A DNA stretch of 64,000 nt from assembly GCA_044344255.1 (NCBI GenBank), contig JBIJDH010000025.1, forward strand, positions 52,477-116,476, in the 5' to 3' direction. The notes under the pieces were generated by a model. That model did not search any database, had not been told where the DNA came from, and was given only the letters and a program-made list of their open reading frames with translations. A program made the translations under genes and the position numbers. The DNA is from Myxococcota bacterium. GTDB lineage: Bacteria > Myxococcota_A > UBA796 > UBA2385. The first letter of the stretch is position 1; every line of letters starts with the position of its first letter. Below, in pieces: positions 10,151 through 18,997 of this stretch.

Positions 10151-10648
10151 ATGCCCTTCTCCACCGCCGACATCCGCGTCCTACAGACCTCCCCGCTCCT
10201 CCAGGGCATGACCCCCGAAGAGGTGAACCGCTTCTCCGACTACCTCACCGAGCAGACCTTCCAGAAGGGTCAGGTGATCATCTGGGAGAAGAGCGCCCAT
10301 CGCACCATGCACCTGCTCGTGGAGGGGCGCGCGGTGGTGACCAAGGTGGTCCGAGGAGAGGTGGAGAGCGTGCTCGCCACCCTCGAGCCGGGCGCCCACT
10401 TCGGCGAGCTTACCCTGATCGACGGGAAGCCGGCGGCGGGCAACGTCACCGCAGAGCTCCGCTGCCGGGTCTACTCGATGGACCGCGATCAGCTCCGGCG
10501 GATGTTGTCCAACGAGAGCCCCCTGTTCGGGAAGCTCTCCTGGGCCCTGCTGCGCGATCTCGCGGGGAAGCTTCGGGACACCAACCGAAAGGTCCAGGAG
10601 GCCGTGGCCTGGGGCCTCGACGCCGCCTCGCTCGATCCCGCCGAGTGA
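10151..10648 (+). CDS. Cyclic nucleotide-binding domain protein (no HTH)
   Basis: F-x-KGQVII-x-E and LEPGAHFGELTLIDG phosphate-binding cassette. Confidence 0.88.
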   Translation: MPFSTADIRVLQTSPLLQGMTPEEVNRFSDYLTEQTFQKGQVIIWEKSAHRTMHLLVEGRAVVTKVVRGEVESVLATLEPGAHFGELTLIDGKPAAGNVTAELRCRVYSMDRDQLRRMLSNESPLFGKLSWALLRDLAGKLRDTNRKVQEAVAWGLDAASLDPAE

Positions 10649-10803
10649 GCGGTCGGTTACCCGCTCCAGGGCGCTGAAGCCCGAGCGGGCGGCGGGGGTC
10701 TCGGTTTGGGGTGTCCAATCGCCCCGGCTCCGGCTATCCGTGGTCGGGCAGCGGCGGTGGGGTTCAACTGGGTATGCGGGCTTCGTGGCGGGGCGGGTCG
10801 TTC

Positions 10804-11604
10804 ATGTCTTCGAGTCTCTCGTTCTCCTCCTTCCGGTGGGCCTCGTTCGCCGGCGGGGCGCTCTGCCTCTGGGCGAGCGCCTGCGGCGGCTCCGACGCGG
10901 AGCGGGCGGAGGCGCCGAGCCCCTCGACCCCCGAGCTCGAGGAGGTCGCGGCCGGCTCGGCCGGCGTCCCCCTCGAGGAGGTGCCCCCTGCGCGCGCCGG
11001 CCGTCGCAGCCGGCCCCCCGAGGCCGGCGTGGTCTCGGCCTACCCGGAGGAGGATCGGCCGATCAGCGCGGAGCTTCAGCGGGTGCGCTACCTCGTGGAG
11101 GAGGGGCAGTGTGACGAGGCTCGGGCGCGGCTCGAGCCCATCCTCGTCGGCCCCGAGGGACAGACCGCGGACCCTCTGTATTGGCGCGGCCGCTGCGCCG
11201 CCTCCGAGGAGCGGTGGGGCGACGCCGTCCGCGACCTCAAGGCGGCGACCGAGATCGATCCCGCCTTCGTGGGCGCGCTCCAGCACCTCTCCGACGCCTA
11301 CGTCATGCAGCGGGACTGCCGCTCGGCCCTGCCCTACCTCGACCGCCTCGTCGAGCTGCGGCCCGAGGACGGCGTCGCCTACTACAATCGCGGGCATTGC
11401 CGGTACTACCTGAAGGACGCCGAGGGCTCGATCGCCGACGCCCACCGAGGCTGTGAGCTCGGCCACACCCCCTCCTGCAACCTGCTCCCCCGCCTCGAGC
11501 GCCGGTTGAGCTGGCAGAACGGCCTCCGCGAGCGCGGCGGGGAAGAGGAGCGCGCCCCCAATGAGGAGGTGCCGGCCGTTGAGCGGAGCAACGAGGGGGG
11601 TTAA
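10804..11604 (+). CDS. TPR-repeat lipoprotein
   Basis: Lipobox-like WASAC; TPR patterns YWRG..A..DLKAATEIDP and AYYNRG. Start uncertain. Confidence 0.8.
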   Translation: MSSSLSFSSFRWASFAGGALCLWASACGGSDAERAEAPSPSTPELEEVAAGSAGVPLEEVPPARAGRRSRPPEAGVVSAYPEEDRPISAELQRVRYLVEEGQCDEARARLEPILVGPEGQTADPLYWRGRCAASEERWGDAVRDLKAATEIDPAFVGALQHLSDAYVMQRDCRSALPYLDRLVELRPEDGVAYYNRGHCRYYLKDAEGSIADAHRGCELGHTPSCNLLPRLERRLSWQNGLRERGGEEERAPNEEVPAVERSNEGG

Positions 11605-11640
11605 GGCGGGCCGCCGCTGGGGCCCCTCTGCGGGACCCCT

Positions 11641-11705
11641 CCCTTCGTTATTTGCTCTTCGTTCTTCGTTATCTGTTTATGTCTCTCTCTTTACGCATTA
11701 CTGTC
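11641..11705 (+). promoter_or_regulatory. AT/pyrimidine-rich tract upstream of valS (putative promoter or leader)
   Basis: ttcgttatttgctcttcgttcttcgttatctgtttatgtctctctctttacgcattact stands out against the GC-rich background. Confidence 0.4.
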
Positions 11706-11724
11706 CAAGTCGCCAGGAGCCCCC

Positions 11725-14280
11725 ATGAGCGGGACCGCTGAATCCCCCCCTTCCCGCATCGCCGAGCTTCCCCCGCAGTATGACGTGGTGGAGGTCGAGA
11801 AGCGCTGGCAGAAGTTCTGGGAGGAAGAAGAGATCTACGCCTTCGATGCGGACGGCACGGGCCCGATCTTCAGCGTCGACACGCCGCCGCCCTACGTCAG
11901 CGCCGCCCACCTCCACGTCGGCCACGCGATGAGCTACTCGCAGGCCGAGTTCATCATCCGCTACCAGCGGATGCAGGGCAAGCGCATCTTTTACCCGATG
12001 GGCTTCGACGACAACGGCCTCCCCACCGAGCGCTTCGTCGAGAAGACGTACAACATCAACAAGAAGCAGACCACCCGCGACGCCTTCCGCAAGCTCTGCC
12101 TCGAGGAGACCGCGAAGGGCGCCACCGTCTACGAGGAGCTCTGGCGCTCGCTCGGCCTCAGCGTCGACTGGCGGCAGCGCTACTCGACCATCGATGAGCA
12201 CTGCCGCCGCACCGCGCAGGCGAGCTTCATCGACCTCTTGAAGAAGGGTCGTGTCTATCGGTCCGAGGAGCCCGTCCTCTGGGACACCCACTTCGAGACC
12301 GCCCTCGCCCAGGCTGACCTCGACACCCTCGCCCGCAAGGGCAAGATCCACGACGTCCAGTTCAAGGCGGCCGACGGGCAGCCCCTCGTCATCTCGACCA
12401 CCCGCCCCGAGCTCATCCCGGCCTGCGTGGGCCTCTACTGCCACCCCGACGACGCGCGCTACGCCGCCCTCCGCGGCGGCACGGCCATCGTGCCCCTCTA
12501 CGGGCACGAGGTGCCCATCCTCACCGATGAGGACGTCGATCCCGCCTTCGGCACCGGCCTGATGATGGTCTGCACCTTCGGCGACGGCGAAGACGTCAAG
12601 CGCTGGAAGCGGGACGGCCTCGCGCTCCGCCTCGTGATCGGCCGCGACGGCCGGATGCTCGAGTCGGCCGGCAAGTACGTGGGCAAGACGGTGGACGAGG
12701 CCCGCAAGTGGATCGTCAAGGACCTCACCCAGGACGGCGCCCTCCTCCAGAGCCGCGACATCGACCAGAACGTGAGCATCTCCGACCGCTCCGAGGTGCC
12801 GGTCGAGTTCATGACCGCGCCCCACTGGTTCATCCGCGTCCTCGACATGAAGGACGAGCTCAAGGCCCGCTCGGCGCAGCTCGAGTGGCACCCCGAGTGG
12901 ATGAAGGTGCGCCTCGACCACTGGATCGAGGGCCTCAAGTACGACTGGAACATCACCCGCCAGCGCTTCTACGGCGTGCCTTTCCCGGTCTGGTACTGCG
13001 AGGGCTGCGGTGAGGTCGTGCTGGCCGACGCCGCCTCGTTGCCGGTCGATCCCCTCGAAGACCCTTGCCCCGTCGCCGCCTGCCCCGCCTGCGGCGGCTC
13101 GGCCTTCAAGGGTGAGCCCGACGTGATGGACACCTGGATGACCTCCTCGCTCACGCCGCTCGTCAACGGCAACTGGGTGGGCAGCCCGGGGCGGCAGGGC
13201 TCGATGGAGCTCTACCCGATGTCGGTGCGCGTCCAGGCCTTCGAGATCATCCGCACCTGGCTCTTCTACACGGTGGTCAAGTCGCACATCCACATGGACG
13301 GCATCCCCTGGAAGACGGTGATGATCTCCGGCTGGGGCCTCAACGAGCAGGGCAAGAAGATCAGCAAGCGGGACCTCGAGAAGTCCACCGACGCCACCGG
13401 CTACAACCGCTACGAACCCTCGCAGGTCATCGCCAAGTACGGCGCCGACAGCCTCCGGTACTGGGCGACGAGCGCGATGCTCGGCCAGGACCTTCGTTAC
13501 AACGAGAACGAGGTCAAGCTCGGGCGCAAGCTGCTCGTCAAGCTGTGGAACGCGAGCCGCCTGCTCCTCATGTACCTCGACGTGGCCGACCTCTCCGACG
13601 ACATGCCCCTCGCGGAGCGCTCGATCACCGACCGCTGGATCTGGCACCACCTCAACACCACCCTCGACACCGCCACCCGGTCGCTCGAGGCCTGTGAGTT
13701 CGCCACCGCCCGCGAGGCGACCGACCGCTTCTTCTGGCACCACTTCTGCGACAACTACCTCGAGATGGTGAAGGACCGCTTCTGGTCGCAGGACGTCTAC
13801 ACCGACGCCGAGCGGCGCAGCGCTCGAGTGACGCTGGCGCAGGTCTATCGGCGACTGCTCGGGATGTACGCCATCTTCATCCCGCACATCACCGAGGAGC
13901 TCTACCACCGCACCTTCCAATCGGTGGAGGGGGCGAAGAGCCTGCACCGCACGGCCTGGCCCACGGTAGACGCCGCCGCCCTCAGCCCGGCCCCCGAGGG
14001 TGAGCTCGTGCTCGGCCTCCTCGCCGGTGTGCGCCAGCAGCGGAGCGCGCTGCGCATGCGCAACAGCCAGCGCATCCAGGTGCTCACGCTGGAGGTGAGC
14101 CCCGAGCGGGAGGCCGAGGTGCGGGCCGTGGAGCGCGACCTCCGGGCCGCCGTGCGCGCCTACCACATCGTCTACGGGCCGGCCGAGCACGAGAGCGGCG
14201 TCACCGGCGTGCGCCTCACGGTCGAGCCGGCGCCGATGGAGGAGCTGCTGGACGCTGGCGCCGCCCAGGCCGCGCCCTGA
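11725..14280 (+). CDS. valS: Valine--tRNA ligase, type 2 (archaeal-like)
   Basis: DTPPPYVS..HLHVGH (HIGH motif), MGFDDNGLPTER, TTRPEL, FGTGLMMVCTFGD, DWNITRQR, DVMDTW, KISKR (KMSKS variant); AGGAG RBS. Confidence 0.95.
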   Translation: MSGTAESPPSRIAELPPQYDVVEVEKRWQKFWEEEEIYAFDADGTGPIFSVDTPPPYVSAAHLHVGHAMSYSQAEFIIRYQRMQGKRIFYPMGFDDNGLPTERFVEKTYNINKKQTTRDAFRKLCLEETAKGATVYEELWRSLGLSVDWRQRYSTIDEHCRRTAQASFIDLLKKGRVYRSEEPVLWDTHFETALAQADLDTLARKGKIHDVQFKAADGQPLVISTTRPELIPACVGLYCHPDDARYAALRGGTAIVPLYGHEVPILTDEDVDPAFGTGLMMVCTFGDGEDVKRWKRDGLALRLVIGRDGRMLESAGKYVGKTVDEARKWIVKDLTQDGALLQSRDIDQNVSISDRSEVPVEFMTAPHWFIRVLDMKDELKARSAQLEWHPEWMKVRLDHWIEGLKYDWNITRQRFYGVPFPVWYCEGCGEVVLADAASLPVDPLEDPCPVAACPACGGSAFKGEPDVMDTWMTSSLTPLVNGNWVGSPGRQGSMELYPMSVRVQAFEIIRTWLFYTVVKSHIHMDGIPWKTVMISGWGLNEQGKKISKRDLEKSTDATGYNRYEPSQVIAKYGADSLRYWATSAMLGQDLRYNENEVKLGRKLLVKLWNASRLLLMYLDVADLSDDMPLAERSITDRWIWHHLNTTLDTATRSLEACEFATAREATDRFFWHHFCDNYLEMVKDRFWSQDVYTDAERRSARVTLAQVYRRLLGMYAIFIPHITEELYHRTFQSVEGAKSLHRTAWPTVDAAALSPAPEGELVLGLLAGVRQQRSALRMRNSQRIQVLTLEVSPEREAEVRAVERDLRAAVRAYHIVYGPAEHESGVTGVRLTVEPAPMEELLDAGAAQAAP

Positions 14281-14298
14281 GTCCGTCCTCGCGCTGAG

Positions 14299-15333
14299 TC
14301 AGTCTTCGATGTAGGCGGGGTCCTCGATGGCCTCCGAGGTGCAGCCCTCGGCGGCGCCGAGGGGGTTGCAGCGCGAGGGCGTACCGCCGGGGATCTCGAC
14401 GACGTAGCCGGTCCCCGGCTGGGGCTCCGGCCAGTCGGTGGTCACGAAGTTCGCCCCGCTGGCCAGCGCGAGGTCTCGGCCGGCCTCCCCCTCTCCGTCG
14501 GCCATCGTGCGCACGAGGTGCCCGGCGGCGTGGGCGGCGGAGATGGCCTCGGCGCCGCCGACCGCGTCGTTGATCGAGTGCACCGCCGCGAAGGGGAGGC
14601 TGAGGTCGCCAAACGCGTCCGGGAAGAGGGCCCGCCCGGCGCTGGTGCTCAGGCCGTCGGTGTAGACCTCGCGGTACTCCTCGTGGTCATGCAGTACGAA
14701 GAGGGCCTGCCCGCGCAGCTCCCCGAGGGTGGGCCAGCCGTAGGCGAGCAGCCCCTCGCGGACGCTGGTGGTGTCTCGCTGCAGGTCATCGGGGGTGAGC
14801 AGGCGGTCCTCGGGCCAGACGCTGCGGAGGTCTTCGTCCATCTGCGTGAGGAAGTCGGGCCCCCAGTCAGGGTTCCAGACGTCCTTCGGCTCCACGAGGG
14901 TCACGAGCAGGTGGTGGGCCGGGTTCGAGTCCGACCAGTCCTTCATCACCTGCAAGCAGTCGATGAAGCGGGCGCAGGTGGTGCCCTCGTCGAGGAGGGG
15001 CAGGTGATAGACCGGGAGCGGGTCGCCGGGCACCGCAGGGGGGTGCAGGTCGAGCTCGAACTGGCGGACGCCCAGCAGGCCGAGCTGCTCGTCGAGGGGG
15101 CGGTGAGTGTAGTCCCAGTCCTCGAGGACGTTGTCGGGCATCTCGACGTGGTAGCTGTTGTGCGTGCCGAGGGCCTGGAGGTCTGTCGGGCGGAGCGTGT
15201 CGTCGAGCGGATAGGAAAATGAGTCGCCTGCGTCCTTGGGCTTCCCGTCGCCCCCTCCCTCCGCGCAGGCCGCGAGGGAGAGCAGGAGAACGAGGCCCTG
15301 CCGAAGCGGAGGCGGGAGCCTCCGGGCGCTCAT
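14299..15333 (-). CDS. Ca2+-dependent phosphoinositide phospholipase C-like lipoprotein
   Basis: Q-x-x-GTHNSYH, GVRQFELDLH, WSDSNPAH, WPTLGELRG, GANFVTTD; lipobox LAAC; ATG 15333 overlaps upstream TGA (ATGA). Confidence 0.88.
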   Translation of the reverse strand: MSARRLPPPLRQGLVLLLSLAACAEGGGDGKPKDAGDSFSYPLDDTLRPTDLQALGTHNSYHVEMPDNVLEDWDYTHRPLDEQLGLLGVRQFELDLHPPAVPGDPLPVYHLPLLDEGTTCARFIDCLQVMKDWSDSNPAHHLLVTLVEPKDVWNPDWGPDFLTQMDEDLRSVWPEDRLLTPDDLQRDTTSVREGLLAYGWPTLGELRGQALFVLHDHEEYREVYTDGLSTSAGRALFPDAFGDLSLPFAAVHSINDAVGGAEAISAAHAAGHLVRTMADGEGEAGRDLALASGANFVTTDWPEPQPGTGYVVEIPGGTPSRCNPLGAAEGCTSEAIEDPAYIED

Positions 15334-15842
15334 CGCGAGAGCTCCCAGGCCACCGTGTACCCGCCGCCGGCGGCCGTGTCGGTGCCGACGGTGCCCCACT
15401 CGGGCGGCGGCGCGGCGGACTCGGACCGCAGCGTGACGTGATTGACGGTCCAATCGACGATGTCGTAGGTGTAGGCCCCGAGCAGCACGGTGAACTCCTC
15501 GCCGTCGGTCGCGTAGGCCTCGATGAAGTCGCTCTGCGGCCCGCTGTCGGTGGGGACCTCCCAGGGGCCGGTGGGCGGCGTGGGCACGAGGGCGCCGCCT
15601 TCCCAGGCGCAGCGCAGCATCACGTAGGCCTTGCTGTCCTTGTGAAACTCGATGGTGCCGACGTCGTCGATGAGGTCGGCCTCGCCGCCGGCGGGCCCCA
15701 CCTCGAGTGAGAGGATGTCCCAATAGCCGAGGAGGACAGGGTCGCGCTTGCAGCCGATCAGCAGGGGCAGCGCGAGGAGCGCGGCGAGCGGGCGTGTTGC
15801 GGGACTCAGCATGTCAGGACACAGCATGTCAGGAAACAGCAT
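15330..15842 (-). CDS. Hypothetical lipoprotein (three alternative in-frame ATGs)
   Basis: Lipobox LIGC; ATGs at 15842, 15827 and 15812 come from a tandem repeat; coupled to neighbours. Confidence 0.75.
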   Translation of the reverse strand: MLFPDMLCPDMLSPATRPLAALLALPLLIGCKRDPVLLGYWDILSLEVGPAGGEADLIDDVGTIEFHKDSKAYVMLRCAWEGGALVPTPPTGPWEVPTDSGPQSDFIEAYATDGEEFTVLLGAYTYDIVDWTVNHVTLRSESAAPPPEWGTVGTDTAAGGGYTVAWELSR

Positions 15843-15850
15843 GTCAGGAC
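15807..15850. repeat. 15-bp-period tandem repeat x3 containing TGA-C-ATG on the minus strand
   Basis: cagcatgtcaggac at 15807, cagcatgtcaggaa at 15822, cagcatgtcaggac at 15837. Confidence 0.9.
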
Positions 15851-17199
15851 TCCATGCCGATCGAGCTGATGGCGAGCTTCAACGAGAGCGCGTTGGTCGC
15901 GAAGGGGAAGAGGGCGAGCTGCTCGGGATCGTTGAACAGGGCCTGGAAGGTGAAGGGCATCGCCCGGTACTCCACTCGCAGCGCGGCGAAGCGCCCCCCC
16001 GCCACGCCGAGGGTGTACCGCGGCGGCAGAGAGACCACCCCGGCCTTGAAGAGAAAGCCCGTAGGGGCCACCCGCTTGCCCCCGCCGCCGCCCTTCAGGC
16101 TGCCGCGGTCGCGGTAGAAGTCCTCGCTGTGGAAGCCGAGGTGCCCCTCGAAGAGGCCGCCCGCCTCCCCGAGGGCTACGGTGGCGTCCACCTCGCCGTG
16201 CCCGGCGATGCCCCGCTGGAGGGCGTGGACGGTGCGGAGCCGGTCGCCCTCGTCTTGTGTCAGGGCGGAGCCCTCGGGCGCGGCGCCGGCCACGGGCAGG
16301 TCGCGGAAGAAGAGGCTGGTCATCCCCACCTTGTCGGCCGTCTTCCCGGCGCCGAAGCGGCGCACGGAGAAGTCCTGCACGCCGGCGCGCACGTAGTCGA
16401 ATGGGTGGGCCTTGGCGCCGGCCACCTGCTCCTTGGCGCTGGCCGACAGGGTGCCGAACAGGCCCACCACCCGCTCGTCCACCGAGCCATAGACGCCGCG
16501 GGCGCCCGTGTAGCCGGCCCGGGCCCCGATGTAGGGGCTGTCGACCCAGGCGCCGCCGATCCAGTCGACCGTGTAGCTGGCCACGCCGTCGCCGCGGGAG
16601 GTGTTGCCGATGAGCGGGGCGAAGGCCACGGGATAGAAGTTGATGAGCTGCGTGGGCACCACCCAGATCCGCTGGCCGAGCACGCTCTGGGTGACGCTGG
16701 CCGAGTAGAAGGCCCCCACCGAGCGGAGGCCGAAGCCGAAGACCACGTTGGTGGCGTAGAGGTCGAGGGGCTGGTCATAGACCCGCTCCTTTCTCTTCCA
16801 CCGCGCCTCGGGGTCCAAGCCGTAGGAGCCCTCCCCCTCGGGGCGGGGGTCGTCACAGAAGGCGGGCACGCGGGCCGCCCCGAAGGTCCAGTTGGCCTCG
16901 GCGGAGACGAAGCCGTAGCCCTCATTCTTGGACCAGCTCGTGGGCGCGCTCTCCGAGACCTGCTTGGCGGCGCGCTCGGCGAAGGCGGCGGCGCCGTAGG
17001 TGCTCACGTTGGTCTTGCGCGCCGCCTGGGCGTTGGCGAAGCCCGCCGAGCCGGCGATCGGGTAGTTGAATTCGCAGCTGAGCGGCCGAGCGGCGGCGAC
17101 CGGGGAAGCGGAGAGACCGATGAGGCCGAGGGCGGCGCCGAGCAGCGTCGCCGCGAGGGAGCGGCGAATTGGATGGGTGCGTGTGGAGCCGGCGCTCAT
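15844..17199 (-). CDS. Hypothetical secreted protein, beta-rich (possible outer-membrane protein)
   Basis: Sec signal ending VAAA; Gly/aromatic alternating strands; ATG 17199 overlaps the upstream stop. Confidence 0.75.
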   Translation of the reverse strand: MSAGSTRTHPIRRSLAATLLGAALGLIGLSASPVAAARPLSCEFNYPIAGSAGFANAQAARKTNVSTYGAAAFAERAAKQVSESAPTSWSKNEGYGFVSAEANWTFGAARVPAFCDDPRPEGEGSYGLDPEARWKRKERVYDQPLDLYATNVVFGFGLRSVGAFYSASVTQSVLGQRIWVVPTQLINFYPVAFAPLIGNTSRGDGVASYTVDWIGGAWVDSPYIGARAGYTGARGVYGSVDERVVGLFGTLSASAKEQVAGAKAHPFDYVRAGVQDFSVRRFGAGKTADKVGMTSLFFRDLPVAGAAPEGSALTQDEGDRLRTVHALQRGIAGHGEVDATVALGEAGGLFEGHLGFHSEDFYRDRGSLKGGGGGKRVAPTGFLFKAGVVSLPPRYTLGVAGGRFAALRVEYRAMPFTFQALFNDPEQLALFPFATNALSLKLAISSIGMES

Positions 17200-17600
17200 C
17201 CGGAGTCCCGGCTGCCCGAGGGCGAGGTGAGGTAGAGGCACATGTCGGAGACGGCGAGCCAGGCGTCGAGGTCGTCGCCGTACTCCTCGACCAGCGCGCA
17301 GGGGATGTTCCGCAGCGCCAGCGGGCAGGCGTAGACGTCTTGCGGCGCCACGAGGGCGGCGGTGTCCTCCCCGAGCGGCTCGACGGGGACCTCCTCGCAG
17401 GTGTAGTCCTCGAAGAAGCGCTCGTAGCGCGCCTCGGCGAGGTCGGTGTCGCCGGTGCACTCCTGAGTGCGGCCGGCGATGGCCGACCCCACCTCGAGGC
17501 AGAGCTGATCTTCAGGAAGCGACCGGATACAGCCGCCGGAGAGCAGCCCGGCGAGGAGGGCGGCGAGGCCCGAGGGGCCGGCGCGGCTCGGCGCGGTCAT
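17196..17600 (-). CDS. Hypothetical Cys-rich lipoprotein
   Basis: MTAPSR...LLSGGC lipobox; six further Cys; ATGA overlaps at both ends. Confidence 0.78.
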   Translation of the reverse strand: MTAPSRAGPSGLAALLAGLLSGGCIRSLPEDQLCLEVGSAIAGRTQECTGDTDLAEARYERFFEDYTCEEVPVEPLGEDTAALVAPQDVYACPLALRNIPCALVEEYGDDLDAWLAVSDMCLYLTSPSGSRDSG

Positions 17601-18007
17601 GGGACCTCCTCGGTCCAAGGCTGTCCGTCGTTGTCGGGGACGCGGAACCAGCCGAGGAGCGCGCCAGCGGCGTCCCGATAGGCATAGACCGCCCCCGGGT
17701 TCGACGGCGCGGCGAAGCTGCTCCCCCCCTGGATGGTGCCGAGGCCCATCTCTTCGCAGGTCTCCGTGATCAGGCTGAGCTCCACCGTCACGCTGGCGAA
17801 GACGGTCAGCTCGACCGGCATCGCGCCGAGCAGGACCGTGCAGGGCAGCTCGCTCTCTCCGGTCAGGCCGTCGAGGGGGCCCCCGTTTCGGGTCTGCGCG
17901 ACCGGGTAGTACGAGGGGTAGCCGCAGCCGCTTGCCAGGATGCAGCCGAGGACGGCCGCCGGCCATGCAGGGGAACGACGGTGACCGGCGCGGAGGAGCG
18001 GGAGCAT
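17597..18007 (-). CDS. Hypothetical lipoprotein
   Basis: Lipobox LASGC; stop overlaps the next ATG. Start uncertain. Confidence 0.7.
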   Translation of the reverse strand: MLPLLRAGHRRSPAWPAAVLGCILASGCGYPSYYPVAQTRNGGPLDGLTGESELPCTVLLGAMPVELTVFASVTVELSLITETCEEMGLGTIQGGSSFAAPSNPGAVYAYRDAAGALLGWFRVPDNDGQPWTEEVP

Positions 18008-18126
18008 GCCCTGGTTGTGCCCCACGGCGCGGGGAAGCGCAAGCGGCGTCGGAGCATGGCGGGGGACGGGGGCGGACGGGATAGGCGGAGGGGCGCCTCG
18101 CACACACCCGAACCCCCCGGTCCCGC

Positions 18127-18939
18127 TTGCCCCAACAGACGGCCCCGGCGCCCCCCTCGCCGCCGGCTTCGGCGGAGGCCTCGCCTCGCCGCTGGCTGCG
18201 GGTGGGGCTGGCCTACCTCGCCCTCGTGGCCCTCACCGGGGCGGTCCTGCTGTGGCTCTCCCGGCCGCCGCTGCCGCCGCTGCCCCCTCAGCAGGTCCTG
18301 TTTATCGAGGTCGTGGGGGCGAGCTGGGCGGCGCTGGGGCCGCAGATCGAGGCCGGAGCCCTCCCGGCCCTCGGCCGGCTGGTGGCCGAGGGGGCGGTCG
18401 AGACCGCGCTCGAGCCCCTCGGCGGCGAAGATCGCCTGTCCCGCTCGGCGGCGCTCCGGGCGGGCCGTACGGCCGAGGGCGCGGTGGCGGGGCCGAGCCT
18501 GTGGGCGGTGGCGCGGGCGGCGGGGCTCACGGCCGAGGAGCTCGCAGCCAGGGAGCTCGCAGGGACGGGCATCCCCGCCGTCGACGTCCCCACCCCGCAG
18601 CTCCTCGGCCTCCGCCTCGACCCCGCCGCGGGAGAGGGCTGGCCGGCCCTCGACACGGCGCTCGGCGGCTGGCTCCTCCGCCCCCCGGCCGACACCACCC
18701 TCGTGCTGGTGGGGGACGCGGGCCCCGCCGCGCCGGGCCTGCTCATCCTCTGGGGCCCGGGGGTCAAGCCCGGTCACCTCGAGGGGTTGGAGGCTCAGGA
18801 CGTCGCCCCCACGATCGCCTGGCTCCTCGGCCTGCCCGTGGCCATCGACCTCCCCGGGCGGGTGGTCGACGACGCCTTCCGCGACGAATTCGCCGATCGC
18901 CGCGGGCTCTCGCTCGTCCCCTCCTACCTCACTCCCTGA
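18127..18939 (+). CDS. Membrane-anchored degenerate alkaline phosphatase/phosphodiesterase-superfamily protein
   Basis: N-terminal TM; GALPALGRLVAEG; C-terminal GLLILWGPGV...DVAPTIAWLLGLP..LPGRV; metal-binding residues not evident. Confidence 0.7.
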   Translation: MPQQTAPAPPSPPASAEASPRRWLRVGLAYLALVALTGAVLLWLSRPPLPPLPPQQVLFIEVVGASWAALGPQIEAGALPALGRLVAEGAVETALEPLGGEDRLSRSAALRAGRTAEGAVAGPSLWAVARAAGLTAEELAARELAGTGIPAVDVPTPQLLGLRLDPAAGEGWPALDTALGGWLLRPPADTTLVLVGDAGPAAPGLLILWGPGVKPGHLEGLEAQDVAPTIAWLLGLPVAIDLPGRVVDDAFRDEFADRRGLSLVPSYLTP

Positions 18940-18997
18940 GGTCCGTCGGGTCCGCCGCGCGTTCGACGGGGCTCCCGCCGTTGGGATAGGGTCGCGG

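Noticed and set aside
11605..11724. T-box riboswitch or leader peptide before valS
   Set aside because: The gap is only 120 nt, with no T-box consensus and no Val-rich mini-ORF with a start codon.
10804..14280. TPR gene and valS share a frame separated by one TAA, suggesting read-through fusion
   Set aside because: valS has its own AGGAG RBS, the spacer has atypical composition, and a lipoprotein-ValRS fusion is implausible.
17981..18997. N-terminal 339 aa of the 824-aa ORF
   Set aside because: Low-complexity Arg/Pro shadow frame over the real 18127-18939 gene; sulfatase-like homology starts after 18998.
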